From positions 44,150,401-44,214,400 of the forward strand of contig CM120641.1 in the NCBI GenBank assembly GCA_051362555.1: 64,000 bases of DNA, given 5' to 3'. The notes under the pieces are model-generated. The model was not told where the DNA came from. It made no database searches and saw nothing but the letters and a program-made list of their open reading frames with translations. Below are positions 1 to 13,800 of this stretch, in pieces (the first letter of the stretch is position 1; each line of letters begins with the position of its first letter). A program made the position numbers and the translations under genes. The stretch is from Lingula anatina (Eukaryota > Animalia > Brachiopoda).

Positions 1-255
1 CTTTAAGCTTGCCTTTGTAAAGCTAGTTTTTCTCCCAAATGCTTGAAGCAGGGATGAGAGTTTTCCACATATTTGCGAATTTCATTCTTTTGGGGAGCCA
101 AATTATCATTGGCCTAGGCAGCACTTAGACCCAACACTGTATTTTTTGCACTAAATAGCAGACTCAACCCTATTGAAGGTGCATATTAAGCAAGCACTTA
201 TGTCCAATTATTATTGCCAGTTAAATGAATCTATTTCCTATTATTCGCTGACCAG

Positions 256-2117
256 GATGAATTCCTTGACTGTGAGTGATGACTGGTCATCTGAGGTCCA
301 GGCAGTCAACCAGTTTACCTCAAAGAGTGCCAAACTACTCCCTTCTCGGAGAGAAATCCAGGAGTTCCTTAAAAGGTATACTTGGAAAATTGTGTTATGT
401 GCAGTTATGTCACTTTTCAGTGATCTCTAAAACTAAAGGTGCTTGTTGTATTTTTAAAAAATATTATTTGACTTGGTTTAATAAGCTTGACTTTAACAAG
501 CTTGGTTTTATCTTGCTTGCCTCAGAGGTCATTTCAAATGAAATACATGTTGACCTAAAGAGCTTGGTTTAATTTTTATTAGCCATTTTTAAAAACTTGA
601 CTGATAGATTATGTAAAGATGTTATATGCAGCTCTGTTTTTTTTTTTTTTTTTTTTTTGTTTAATTTTTCATCAGCAAATACACTCTGCAGCATTCTTTT
701 CATAAAAGTTTTTTTTTAGGTGCCAAATATTGAACTGTGAAAAAATAACAGACTTGTTAAATGATGCTCTCACTTCTACAAATGATGTGATGCTCATGGT
801 AGGTGGTATTGGAGACTAAAGCAATTATCCAGGCCATCTCTAATGAATTTCTTCAGAAAACTAAGAGCATGATAAGCATCAGACTGCAATTGAATATTTT
901 TTTAGATACTTTTAGTATCCAACAAATACAATTGTCAGTGATTCTTAGTCACAGCTTTTTCAGGTGTCTGTTTCTCAAAAAAATTATAATATTTCAGTCT
1001 TATAGTCTTAAACCGATTAATATACATTGTGAACTACTCTAATTTTAAAAACTGACCTGAAATCTCCTATGAAACGATTTACCCATGTTAATGTTAACAC
1101 TGAGAGTGACAGTCAATATGAAGATTATCACAATTTGCTGTAGGGATGTAGTTAAGGACTAAAATAAAAGAGGCAAATGGTCATTAAGATTCTTTGTGAA
1201 ACACAGCATAGTCAGCTAAAATTCTTAGCAGTTAAGTCTTTGCTTTGAAAAATATATAGACCCTAGTTTAGCAAAAGTGTAGTTGACACAACCCATGTTT
1301 TGGGATGTAGCAACTCCAGACTTCCCTCTCCAGACGAATAGATTGCAGTTATGTGATTACTATTGAATGCTACCTTTTTCAGCGGTGCTTACTTCTGTTG
1401 GAAGCAATGATGCGGTCAGATCTTTTCACCGTGGACCAGTTGACTTTGGTGTTCAGCAAGAACCTTATTATGTTTTATCAACATAAAGAAGGGGCAGTCC
1501 AGGCCAAGGCCAGAAAGGTCAGTTTTACTGTATGAGAGCATATTTGTTGTATGGATGCTAGGAGGGGATGGGGGGTAATAAAAATCTTCTGCGACACAGT
1601 CACTGTGGTCAATTTGTAATGCATACATGATAGATTTAAATCCTTAGGAATTGTTTTTATTTTATAAAATGGAATTATGCTTGATGCTATGATGGTGTTA
1701 TTACATAAGTTTTTATATAAAAGAGAAGTACAAATATTATCTGATATCATGTTAGAGATTAATTTTGTATTCCAGATAATTCGACAGATGGAAAAACTTT
1801 CCAAACACTCAGAAGTCTTTTCAGTCATACCTGCAACTAGTTCAACCAACACAATCCCCATGTCTTCAAGCTCAACTAACACAATGAATAAGTCTTCCAC
1901 TGGTACTTCCATTGATGGACTTGCACAAAGTTCAGATACAAGCTTAGTGGCACCATTTTATGTTAGTACAGATACACTGTTGATAAATAATTCTGGCGAG
2001 GAGGTAGATAGTGGACTGGATAATGGCAGTGAAACCAATACCGATAGCTTTGCTGACCTGCTGGATAATGTACCATCTTTACTAGAAACTGAGGGAGAAA
2101 GAGGCGAGGATAGCTGA
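256..2117 (+). CDS. TEPSIN: AP-4 complex accessory subunit tepsin (ENTHD2), last four exons: 256-375, 720-798, 1383-1517, 1776-2117; the 5' part lies upstream of the window
   Basis: GT-AG introns join in frame to give ...SEVQAVNQFTSKSAKLLPSRREIQEFLKRCQILNCEKITDLLNDALTSTNDVMLMRCLLLLEAMMRSDLFTVDQLTLVFSKNLIMFYQHKEGAVQAKARKIIRQMEK. This matches by recognition the tepsin VHS/ENTH-like domain (SREEAQHFIKACGLLNCE...SSDLL...VTNKATKILRHFE). A Ser/Thr-rich acidic tail follows, with TGA at 2115-2117 and AATAAA at 2164. Confidence 0.85.
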
Positions 2118-3404
2118 TGAGAGAGGAAACTTAAAAACACAAAAGAGCATTAGACTTTTCAGTAATAAAATTTTAATTTTCATGGATATTTCAGCATTTT
2201 CCCTTTAATCATCGAAGTATACAATATCCAAATCTTACACAGAAATAAGATCCGTGTGCCTATTTTTTGAGTTTTTAGTTCTCAAGTTCTTGAGCATAAT
2301 GGAGATAGAGACCAAAATGTTTTATACAGGGTGGTAAAAACTGGAAACAGAGAACCAGAAAAACAGTTTGGATACAGATACATTGTCGGACTTAAAATTA
2401 AAGTCAAAATTAATGAAATTTCCAGTTTTTAAGGTCTAGTACTCATTGTGCATCTGTAAAAATGGCTTTAGGACTTGAGCAAAGGGACGTATTTATTTCA
2501 AACTTATGTGGGACACATTCATGAGTTAATTTGTGTCACTAGGAGACAGTTGCTGCAGTGATAACAGTACAGAATTCATCAATAATTTTATGATTCTAGC
2601 AATGATTTCTGTGGAACTCCTCACTTACCTTAGACTATGTAATAATTGATTATTACAAATTAAACAGGATTTTGTTGGACACAATTTGTCATTGTGAAAA
2701 TTAACAAAAATGCTCATTGCCAATGCAAGGAAAGATTGCTTTACTAAAAAATGCACAATTCATTGGCAGTGAAAAGCTACATTAATGAAATTAACAAACA
2801 CTTTATATATGAATATCTTAAGAATCAATAAGTATATGAAATAAATTCTCTGACCACGTAGTAATTATATTTAATAACATAATTATTTTTAATAACACAG
2901 GCCCCAGAGTATTGGACCCTGTAATGAGCACCATAATCTGATCTGCCTTGGACAAATGATAATAATGGCTACTTATATTACTATTATTATTATTAATGTG
3001 GTATAGACTGATGGCACCTAATCGTATCTTCTAACATTGTCTTGGAAATACAATTCCTGTCATTTATACTCCAATAATCTAATTTAAATGAGATATAACG
3101 CTAACAGCAAGTACAACCTTCTACCATGCTAAGGAATGATGATAAAAAGTAAATTGTGCTTTATAAAATCACAGGACAATTTTCAAAAAAAGGCACTGCT
3201 TTTACAATTATGCATGCATAAATGCAAGAAAGATCCATATATATTTTTAATGTCAAGATGGCACAATTAATTAAATGTAAACAATGTTCAATGATTTTTT
3301 TTAATTGATTTTTTTTATTGGCATCAGTGAGTAGCTGTCACTGAGAAGAGAGGAATGATGTAAAATTACAATATGCTTATACAGCAGACTGGACTCCATG
3401 GAAG

Positions 3405-6400
3405 TTAAATGGAAAACCCGCCATCCACAGACATGTTATGGCCGTTGACCATGGCTGCTTTGTCACTGAGCAGGAAAAGTATGACCCCTGTAACATCTTC
3501 TATTTCTGAAAGGAGAAGAGTTATTATGAATAAAACAGATTTTTAAGCAATGAGCAATTACATATCGAAAAAAGTATTGATTATTGAGAGAAATGACAGC
3601 ATTTTGTAAAGCAAATGTGTGGAGCCAAAATTAAATCTGGGAATCACTTGGTACATTTTTCTGTGAAATGCTAAAAATATGAATAAAACATATCTGAAAA
3701 CCTAATTACTATTTCCATATAATCACATAATCTTCACCAAATGCAAAAAGAAAAAAACTTAAGGGATGCATTTTCATTTATGTGACTTGATGACTTATTT
3801 TATGATTGTGTATACAGCCTAGAAAAACTTAAATCCTGGGAGAATGTCAGAGAAATGCTAATAAGTATGAATAAAACAATTTTCCAAAACTTAATCACTC
3901 TTTCCACACAATTCTGACAAAATGCTAAAAAAACAGAACAACCCTAGAGATGCTTTTTAAGGAAATGTCAATATTGTCAATAGTGATTACCATCCACAAT
4001 GTGAATATTTTACTTTACAACTAAACCTCCAGTCATTTTTCAATTGGATTTTTAATACAGCATGTAAATTTATACAAAGCAATCTTCCTAGCTTTATTTA
4101 TTTTGCAATTCAACACTCTAAAGAATGGGTGAGTTCATTAGCAATTGGAACATGAAGATTGTTTTTTTTTTATGTTATCATTAACTGTCAGTGGAGGGAC
4201 ATATGAAGTTATAGGGATATTTCACCTACCACATTGTAAGACTTGATCACAGAACAATAACTGAAATATTTTAAAGTAAATACTTAATTTTCAAATTGGG
4301 TCAACTAAGGAGGTAAAAAGGTTGAATTTTTCAAGAAAGACCCCCCTCCCCTTTAAAATTGCTGTCAACAGACCATTTTAACTGTTTTAATGTCAGTTTT
4401 ATATTGTCATATATGAACATAAAACGTGTGCTCTGTTCAACAATTACATAGGATGACTTTAAGATGAATGACTCTCCTTAAAAACAAAGTGTTTTAAACA
4501 CCTGTGTATATACTGCACTAACTGTTAAAAGTGAGGCCATTTTTTTCATGTCATGTAAATTTGGACTGACAGGTAAATGAATGCTTTTCAATTTGTTCAA
4601 TCTAGCAAACTTAAAGGAAAGCCCAATTGGGTCCATTAGGCATAAAAAACGACTTTACCCTGAAGATAAGTTTACCACTTTACTTGCTGAGTATCCTCTG
4701 AAAGGTGACTTGTTCATAACTTGCCAGATCGAAGCAATTAAACTGCTGTACTTATTTGAAGCAGTGTATAGATGACAGCTGAGAAACTGACAAGTGAAGG
4801 GAGAGACAAACAACTTACTTGCATGAGGAGAAATGAATAAGTTTAGGAGAAATTCTACAGAGATGTATTCAAAATAAAATGTCTTTTTTTTCTTTCAACT
4901 TTAAATTACTGTTTCTATATCTTACTACAAGGAGGTCTGTAGGAGCAGTAATCAGTTATAACATGAACCTTTCTTGTACTAGAATTAGAAGTTGCACAAC
5001 TTGCATTTCATTGAGAATAAACTGGAAAAATCAATACCCGACTTAATGTCCTGCATATGCACACACCAAAATCAACACAGTTGTTAACTCACTAATCAAA
5101 ATTCCAAAGTGTTTTTGTTTTCATTACACAGATAAAACATGTTTGATAAAATATAAAATAAACATCTGGATGCTCAGTAAATCTAATATTTGAGAATATT
5201 AAGTCATTACAGGTACAAAAAGTCTACAAAATTAAGATGGGTATGCCAACTCTCTTAAAGAAATAAGCAGCATTGGCAATAAGTTTTTATTTTACTTAGG
5301 TTCATGAAGATTGCTAACCAGAGATATCTAGTTGAGATAATACACAAAAAAAATTTTGTTCCTGTTCTTGAACTAACCACAAAATGTTATTCAGATCCAC
5401 ATGTAACCAGTAGAAGTTATCATCATTATAATATCTTCATAATAACAGATATAATGGAGAAACTTCATATATATCTCAGTACAAAATTAAAGGGATAATA
5501 ACTCTTCGTATGATATCTTTATTTCACAATAAAAACATTGTGAACAACTCATAGAAATGTAATGTATTCTGTTTTACCACAAAAACAGCAGTTATAGCTA
5601 TTATTCTGATATCTGAGCTTGTCTTCAGATCACGTGACTTCCATTGATGGCTGTACTCTGTTATAATCTCTCAAGAGATTTTAACAAAAAACCAAACTTT
5701 TTAGAAAAAAACCAGGGACTAACTTTGAATGCAAAAATGGACTCATTAACCACTGGTAAGCATGGGAAAACTGTTGTTTACTCCAGGAAAATTCATTTTC
5801 TGGCCAAAACAAAGAGTTATTATCCCTTTAATCAGGAATGTACCAATTTTCCAAGGTAAAATGTTTCCTCCTCACCTGCAAATCTCCCTGTAGGTATTCT
5901 GTCCAGCAGTGGTTTACTCTTGACTGGGTCATCCCCCCAAACTCTCTGCCCCATTGGAGTTAAGATAACAGTGGGATTGACTGAGTTCACACGGATCTGG
6001 GGAATATATGCATCACAGATTATTGGTTTAGTAGGAGAAGAAATATAAATGTATCATTTAATGAGTGCTTCTGGAGCACACGCACATGCACACACACACA
6101 CACACACACACACTTACACAGAAAGAGAGAGATGTTTACGGCACACAAGTACATGCAAACATAAATAAAACATATGCATTCACTCACACAGGTAAATTAA
6201 CTCACACACATACTTGTTATATTTGGCATACACTACCAAATATACTATAGTCAAACAATAACACTAGCTTATGCACTGCATCAGTACACACTAAATTAAA
6301 ACAGTTAGTATTTTCAACTTAATCAAATTCTAAGACAAAGTTTATGTCAATTACTTCTGAATTAAAGCTGTTCTGTGCAACAATACTGTATCAAATTTCC

Positions 6401-9400
6401 ACAACTGGAGTTAAAAAATCACATAAAACAATTTTAATGTAATTACAAACATTAGTTGCAAGAGGTAAAAGGCCTGAAATTATCAGAAAATTGACACAGC
6501 ATGCACTACAAGCACATTGCACAGAAACATTTCTCCTGCCATCCAAAAATCTAATGAATTCTAAGACTTGGCCTTCTGAAAATCTAACATGGCCATTTTT
6601 ATGACACCGAGTAAAAATCAATAAAAACAAACAAATAGACACTGCTAGTCAAAAAGTATCTGTGAGGCCAATAAAATGGCTTGTCTTCATAGGAAATATC
6701 AGAATCAATAGAAAAGTCCCCAAGTACAGCATTTTTATGTAGGTCTTTGGCCTCCAAATGAAAGCCACTAGTGAGGGTTTATATTTATGTATGAGGACAT
6801 AATGTTTTTGGGTGCTTTTAAGGTGATTTCAGTGAAACTGCACAGCAGCAAATATGACTTGTACAAGTTTTTAACTGGTACCCTGCAGACCTAGGCTACT
6901 TCTTAACCTTATAAAATTATATAAACAAAAGAACCCCAAACATCATTATTCTTCCCCAGTGACTGCATGAAAGAATGATGGTCTCTCCATCAGGTGTGCC
7001 AGACAACAGATATAGATATTGTCCGGGCCGTAGCAATAGTCCGAAGGTTCATTGGCCCGAATGTTCAGACCAATGAACTCTTGATTTAAAAAATGATGAA
7101 AATTTTACCATTTTCGGACCAATAAACCTTCTGACCAGTAAACCTTTGGACTATCGAGACAAGATATTGTCTACTAATCTCTATCAATAGACTACATGTA
7201 AGTATGCATGTGGCAGCATGGAATGGCACATACTTATTCTAAGAACACACACTAGTATTCCATTTACGTATTCTAAGGATGTAGACTATTAGTATTCCAC
7301 TTATTCTAAGGACATAGGCTACTACAGGTACTACTTTGGCTTAATATGTAATCTATTAAAAAATAAACTAAGAGAAAAAAAATGCTTAGGCTACTGATTA
7401 CCATTCATTTCTTACAAATACCAGATAGCTGTTTTTTTTATAATAATTTACAATGAAGAAAAATAGCATGACCTTTGTTGAATAATCAGTGCATTTCTTA
7501 TTACATAACAATCATCCAACACAACATCAGCCACAGCCATATTCACACCATATTCATTATCCAATTTTCCTATATATATTCAAAATATTATTTTTGAATG
7601 AAAAGACATGAAATGTCTCTAAATAATAAAAGGTACAGTGTACTGCTCCAGCAGCTACAGTATAAATCAACATCATTTAGTTAATTGGCATTGTTACCAT
7701 GGTAACTACCGAGTGACTGAGTATCAAATTTAAATATTGTGAACAGGTTTATAAAGGTGGCAAAATGACAGATTCTGAGAAGAAAGTGTTTTTTTATGAA
7801 ACATAACTAGGAGCACATCCAGAACAAGTTGATCTGCAGACTAAGGCCGCATTCACATCGAGTTGAGCCATGGCTCTACAAAGCCACGACCTAAATATGG
7901 CGGACGTACATGAAAGGAAAACCGTCTAATCTTTAAATAGTGTCTCCTCCTCTCACATGCCTCCCCATGCGTCGTCCCTGCGGGGGTACAGTCATTAAAT
8001 CGGTACCATTGGGACGACACATGGGGATGCGTGTGAGAGGCAGAGAAACTATTAAAAGATTAGGCGGTTTTCCTTTCATGTGAGTTCGCCATGTGAAGGT
8101 CGTGGCTTTATAGAGCCATGGCTCAACTCGATGTGAATACGGCCTAACAGATCTGCGGATCATATATGGTTGACCCACTTAAAAGCAATGCCAATTAATC
8201 TCCTGATGGTCTCCCCACCTCCACATGTGCCGTCTCAGGGGCCTAACAATTAAACCTCGGAACCAAGATTTAATATCCTGTAGCATAACGCAGATTTAAT
8301 CTTTATATAATCCATTTAATCTTTTCATGTAATTTATTTATGCATAATGGCACAAAAATGAATCAAGCTTCTTTCTATAAGCCTTAACCTGAAATAAGTT
8401 ACTTCTAGCATGACCTCAGCAAAGCATTTCTAAGAGCTCAGTAACTATATCTAATCTTGTGCAGCAAACTAAACAGATGAGCCATTACTCTGAATCAAGA
8501 TAAGGAACCATTCATAATTCAATTTTTTAAAACTGCACCGCTGCTACCATGGAATAATGGAAACTATGGAGCTTGTGTAGAGGTGTATTGATCAGGACAT
8601 TCAGTCTTAGTTTCTTCAAGGCAAATATCAGCTACAAATCACGAAAGCCCCCAGGACAGGCAGATCTCAGGGACTGGGCAGATCTCTGGTCACAGGAGAA
8701 ATGAAAAACAAAATTTGGTCTAATCTTTAAAGATCAAAACTGAAGTCTATTTTTATTAAGGAAGAATCTGTAGACTAGTAAGTAGTCCAATTAAATATTA
8801 CAATTAAAAAATTATAGGGCTGTTTAATGAAAAAAGGAAATAATTCAAATTTCCTCCAATAGTAATTATTATTCTTAAGTGGTATGCTATATAAATTTAT
8901 CCCAAACTGAAGTAGACCGGAATTCTTTGGGCTTAAATCTAAGACCAATTTTCAATATTGCTTTCTTTAGTAGAACTAAAATATGGGACAGGCAGCTCCA
9001 TGTTCACACCGTGGAGGTTCCCCAGCAGGAACTACCTAGCACCCCCTAACAAACCACTCAAATGGACCCATCCATTGTTCCGCTCTGTCCATGTGGAGTT
9101 ACGTCTGCTAGAGTAATGTCATGCTGCTATGGGGCTTACCACACAGAACCAGTGTAGTCTTTGAAAAAGACAGTGACTAGTTAGCCTGCACTCAGTTAGT
9201 CCAATGCAGAGGTAAAAAATAACATTTCTCCAAAAAAAGACGGAAAAAAACCTTTTATAAGAGCCTACCTGGATATTTGATACAACTTAAGAAAAAAAAA
9301 CACGAAGCTAGTTGGTCTGTGAAGGTTTTGATTTTCTCAAAAGGGAGAAAAAACATCTGTCCTCGGCTGCTCCAGTACCTTTCCCATCTCCGCAGCATTT

Positions 9401-10755
9401 CCTGGTTTTACCAAGTGAAGTGGAAACCTTCAGTAGGTCAAGAAGGGGAATCCTTTATAGAAATTGCTGTTTAATTCTATGGGATGAATGGATCACAAAT
9501 CTATCACAGCACAAATGACTCAGAGCACAGCCAGCAGCAAGCCTGGAATGATCAATGAATTGACATGAGAAAATCCTGGCCGTTTACTACTTCAGTCTGT
9601 CATGATGCACTCTTCGGTAACTCACCAGTCATAACACCAAACATGCTGCCTTTGATTATTGACATGAAACTTCAAAGCCAGAAAGACAGAATGAGAAAGG
9701 AGTAAGATAGAGACAAGGATTAAGATACAGGTAGATGACGATTAAGTGCCATCATGTCTTCCTGGTATTTGCATTCTAGAAGATATCCAAACCTTCAGGA
9801 TTGGAGACGAATTAACATAGCAATAACGGTGCATAATGGGGCCTTGGGCAACCTACACAGTACCAAACTTGTGTGTAAATGGCTTAAAATAGGTAAGGCG
9901 ATAGCAAATTAAAAGTAAACATTTCTGAAATTAAATTGCAAAGATATTTTTTTACTCTTCAATTAAGTTACAAAAATGAAGTTCTTGTTACAAAATTGTG
10001 ACTGTATGTAGTATACATGACTTCATATTTTAAGACAGTTTATTGTGTTACACATGAGTTAAACAAATGGCACATTCAAGTTGATTATATGGGTAAATTT
10101 TTGCTGGATTAAAATGTCTTTCTGAGTGTCATTCAAGCTTGCTGGGCATTTCAATATTGTGCAATAATAAATTCCAATCTTCCTTCACAATAAATGACAT
10201 AATGGTTAAAAGTAGTGCCTTTGAGAGCTTGAGAGCTCCCACACAGATGACAGCAGAGAAAGGATTAATGGAAATCTTGTAAGAAAGTGAAAGGCTAAAT
10301 ACATATTTAAAATATAAAAGGGGAGAAAAAAAGAGAGACATCTCCAATTTCCTTCTTGCAACAGAAAATCAATAATAGTTCAGCATCTGCCTATCATATT
10401 TCTTAGCTATTATCAAAACAACTTGAGGGTTTTGGTCATGATTGGCAGGTTAAAGAAGACTGACCTGTGAAAATGCGAAAAGCCTGGCTTCCTTCCTTCT
10501 ACATTTACCTTCCCTTTCCTAATAGCAACTTATTGACTTCTTACCGCTTGTTAGTCCAAATCCTTTCTCCTTGTTTGTCTTCTAATGAAGAGGCATTTAC
10601 ACTTTCTTAAGTCATTGATCTCTTAAATGAGCCAAATATTTAACATAAAATATCTAGAATTTGCTGACCAAAAAAAAGTGAGTGATTTAGGCTACCATTG
10701 TGATTTTGATAAGTGCAAACACAGGATTTTGAAATGATGAGGGCAGAACTGATGC

Positions 10756-10839
<84 letters not shown>

Positions 10840-13800
10840 CACCTTTAAACACCTTACATGCGAGCACAAAAAGAAAATAAATGCAGTAATGATTAAAAAA
10901 ACTGCACGGTCAGTTACTGCTTCATTGAACATGGTCCATAAGACAATATTTGATAAGTGAGCTGAACACTGCTAATGCTACAATTCAATTATTGCCAAGT
11001 AATGATAATGGGAATGGGGGAAATTGAAAGATTGCAACATTATGCTTTTCTCTCTAACAGCTCTCTACAGTTATATATATATATATCAAGAGGCCTGTTT
11101 CAAAAGGATTCAAAACATCAAAATTGTAACCATTTTATTTGCACATATTGCATGAAGTAAGGCAACAAAAACAATAATTAAAAATAAAGTCCACTGTCTT
11201 TTAAGCTAAACAACATGACCCATGATTTCCAATGTTGGCCATTTTTCATGAGGCCATGGCGGCAAATCAACATCCATTATGCAGGCTTCAAAACAAAGGA
11301 GATCACAGTCTCCAGAAGATCGACTACAAATTACATCATTCCAAAACAGCAAATAATGAAATCACAAATTCGGAAGAATTATTGCCTTTTCACGCCGACC
11401 ATGTTTCAGTGGGTAGACTAATGGACCGTGGGCTAAGTATTGGAATCTATTTACAAAGTAAACCAATGTACTGACTCTCTAAGCCCCCGTGGTCATTCCG
11501 CCTGGCCAGTTGACCACAGGCATTTTGGAGTGGACTAAGCACTGGACAATGCAGATCTATTACCTGATAAATATTATTTCAGAAATGGGTGAGTTATGAA
11601 AATTCACCCAATCTTTGATCTTATGCCCACGGGGGGACGCAGGCACCCCAAGCCACCTGGATTGAGTTCTCAACAAAAAAGTTTCTTGAAACTTTTAGCA
11701 CGAAAAGACGTAACGAAGCTCACCCAAGGGAAATCTGACAAATAAACTACTTACAGCCCTTTTAGACATTGTTTGTACAGAGAAAAGAAAAGAGTAAATC
11801 TAAAGGAAAAGTGTGACATCTGATCAATCACTGAACCGTACAGACATTAACAATTAGGGGTACAAACACCTGACAATGCACACTGGTGGTCCTTACTTAG
11901 ACCCCATGTTCTAGGAGGCAGAATTTGGTTACAATTAGAAACAATAAGGATTTAGTGTTCATGTATATACTAAAACGTCTTAGGCTAGAACACATTTTAA
12001 GGATTAGAGTTTACAAGTGCAAAAAAAAAAAAAAATCACTCAAGTCAATTGAGATTTAGAATATTTTAAAGTACAACTTGAGTGAGTATGCACTAAAATA
12101 TTTATTTAGTGTGAAAATAATCTTAAATATTCAGTGTAAAATTAACTATTCATTTACAAGAATTAAAAGTTGTCTGCTTGTTTAAGAAATGGCGCCTGCA
12201 GCACGTTAGTTTAAGTGATCTAACAATGAAACATTTCTGCTGTATTTTTCTAGTAACAGAGTCATTTTCAGCTGCACGATAAGAGTTAGAGGCTATGTTG
12301 AAGTTTTCATAGTAATTATTTTCAGAGCAAACAAAAGTTTTATCAAAGGCAGGAGTTAGGTGCCTGTCTATTAAACCATGTGTGAGTCTAACTATGCACA
12401 GTATGACTAACAAAAAAATTAAAACCTTTTAAAACAACAGAAGTTCTCCAAATAAAATATTCAATCAATTCCAACAATATGGAAAAATTCTGAAAAAGAA
12501 ATGAAAAACATATCACAAAAATCACCGATCTCACGTTTCTGAGTAATCTGGCTCGGTTCTGAGGACAAACACTAAATCAATTTATTGTGAGAAATGTGCT
12601 GTTCAAAACATGGTATTTCATTCCAAATATCTCACAAAACTGCTCTACCTTCTGACAGAAATAAGATAAACCTCTCTCTCTGAATGGTAAACATCAAACC
12701 TAATTCTGATACCAAGCCAAATATATGGCTGATATTAGTGGTGTAGCTATAACTTCATATTAATAGATTGTACCCTGTTGGTACAATGAAATTTTATTTT
12801 GTTGATCTGTGAAGATGCAAATCTTCCTTACTACCCCCAGTACTAGTATTTTCATCAAAATTTAAAGCCGAAATGAAATGAAAAAAAGAATACTGGCACA
12901 TTAATTTCTTATTCCCTAAACATTATAGTACAAAACTCATTAAAATAATAAGCAGAGATTCTGAGATATATCTGGTCATTTTTATTTTCATCAAAATGTG
13001 TGATCAACCCCTGTCTCTAGCTCTCTCTCTTTCTCTCTCTTGCACTACACCACAGCTGATCACCTGAAGGGCACTGTAGGTGGACAAATGTTACACCTGT
13101 CCCCCTTATGTAAACATTAATCTGCTGACCATTTGATTGCAGCTAACAGCAATATTTTTCCAGTCATCCATGCATGTTGACACGGTTAAGCAGAACATTC
13201 AGAGTTCACAAGTTCCAGAAAAAAGGCTCTGGTAATATCGTGGCTCAACTATTTTGTATCAATGAGTAAAGAACAACAATAATATCCTGAAGGACACCAA
13301 TACTAATTTCGTAATGTTATTGACTCAAGAGCAAGGTATTTCAACAGTATGTGAATAAATCTGTACTTGGATATGGTGGACATTGAATACTTGTATTGAT
13401 TGTAACATAATATCATAAAAGTAGTTTGTAAGACACTAGACTCAACACAGACTACATCTTGTCAATAATGTATACTGGCATGGATTACATAAACAAAATA
13501 AATTACTGCAATACAAATATTTATTACTGTAAGAGTGATATATGCTATAACAAGAAATAGGGTGTTTACAATGCAATACAAATGTTGAAAATATACTTTG
13601 TTTTACTATGAAAAAAAAATTCAAATGCAACTTAGTAAATTCGACCCTTGAGCAATAAGTTACCATAATATGTAAGTTCTTGGAGAGAGGTGCAGCAGCA
13701 AGAAACCAATCACTGTGATTATATACATTTCAAACTGCACCCTCATCTGTACAAGTTGGTGGCAGGTACAAAAATCCATAGGTGATTTCATTCAATTACC

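Noticed and set aside
803-1042. 79-aa ORF between tepsin exons
   Set aside because: It starts just after the donor at 799 and is intronic. The tepsin domain is complete without it.
2110-2135. CTGATGA...GAAAC hammerhead-like core (CTGATGA also occurs at ~24820)
   Set aside because: No stem II or stem III pairing and no NUH site in the right place. The strings coincide with the tepsin stop codon and with RTE coding sequence.
7933-8178. 81-aa minus-strand ORF
   Set aside because: It lies almost entirely within the palindromic MITE and has no protein features.
11232-11474. ORF with a phase-1 GT near 11412 as an alternative first exon of the methyltransferase
   Set aside because: The donor (gtagac) is weak and the peptide is unrecognisable, so it cannot be supported without transcripts.
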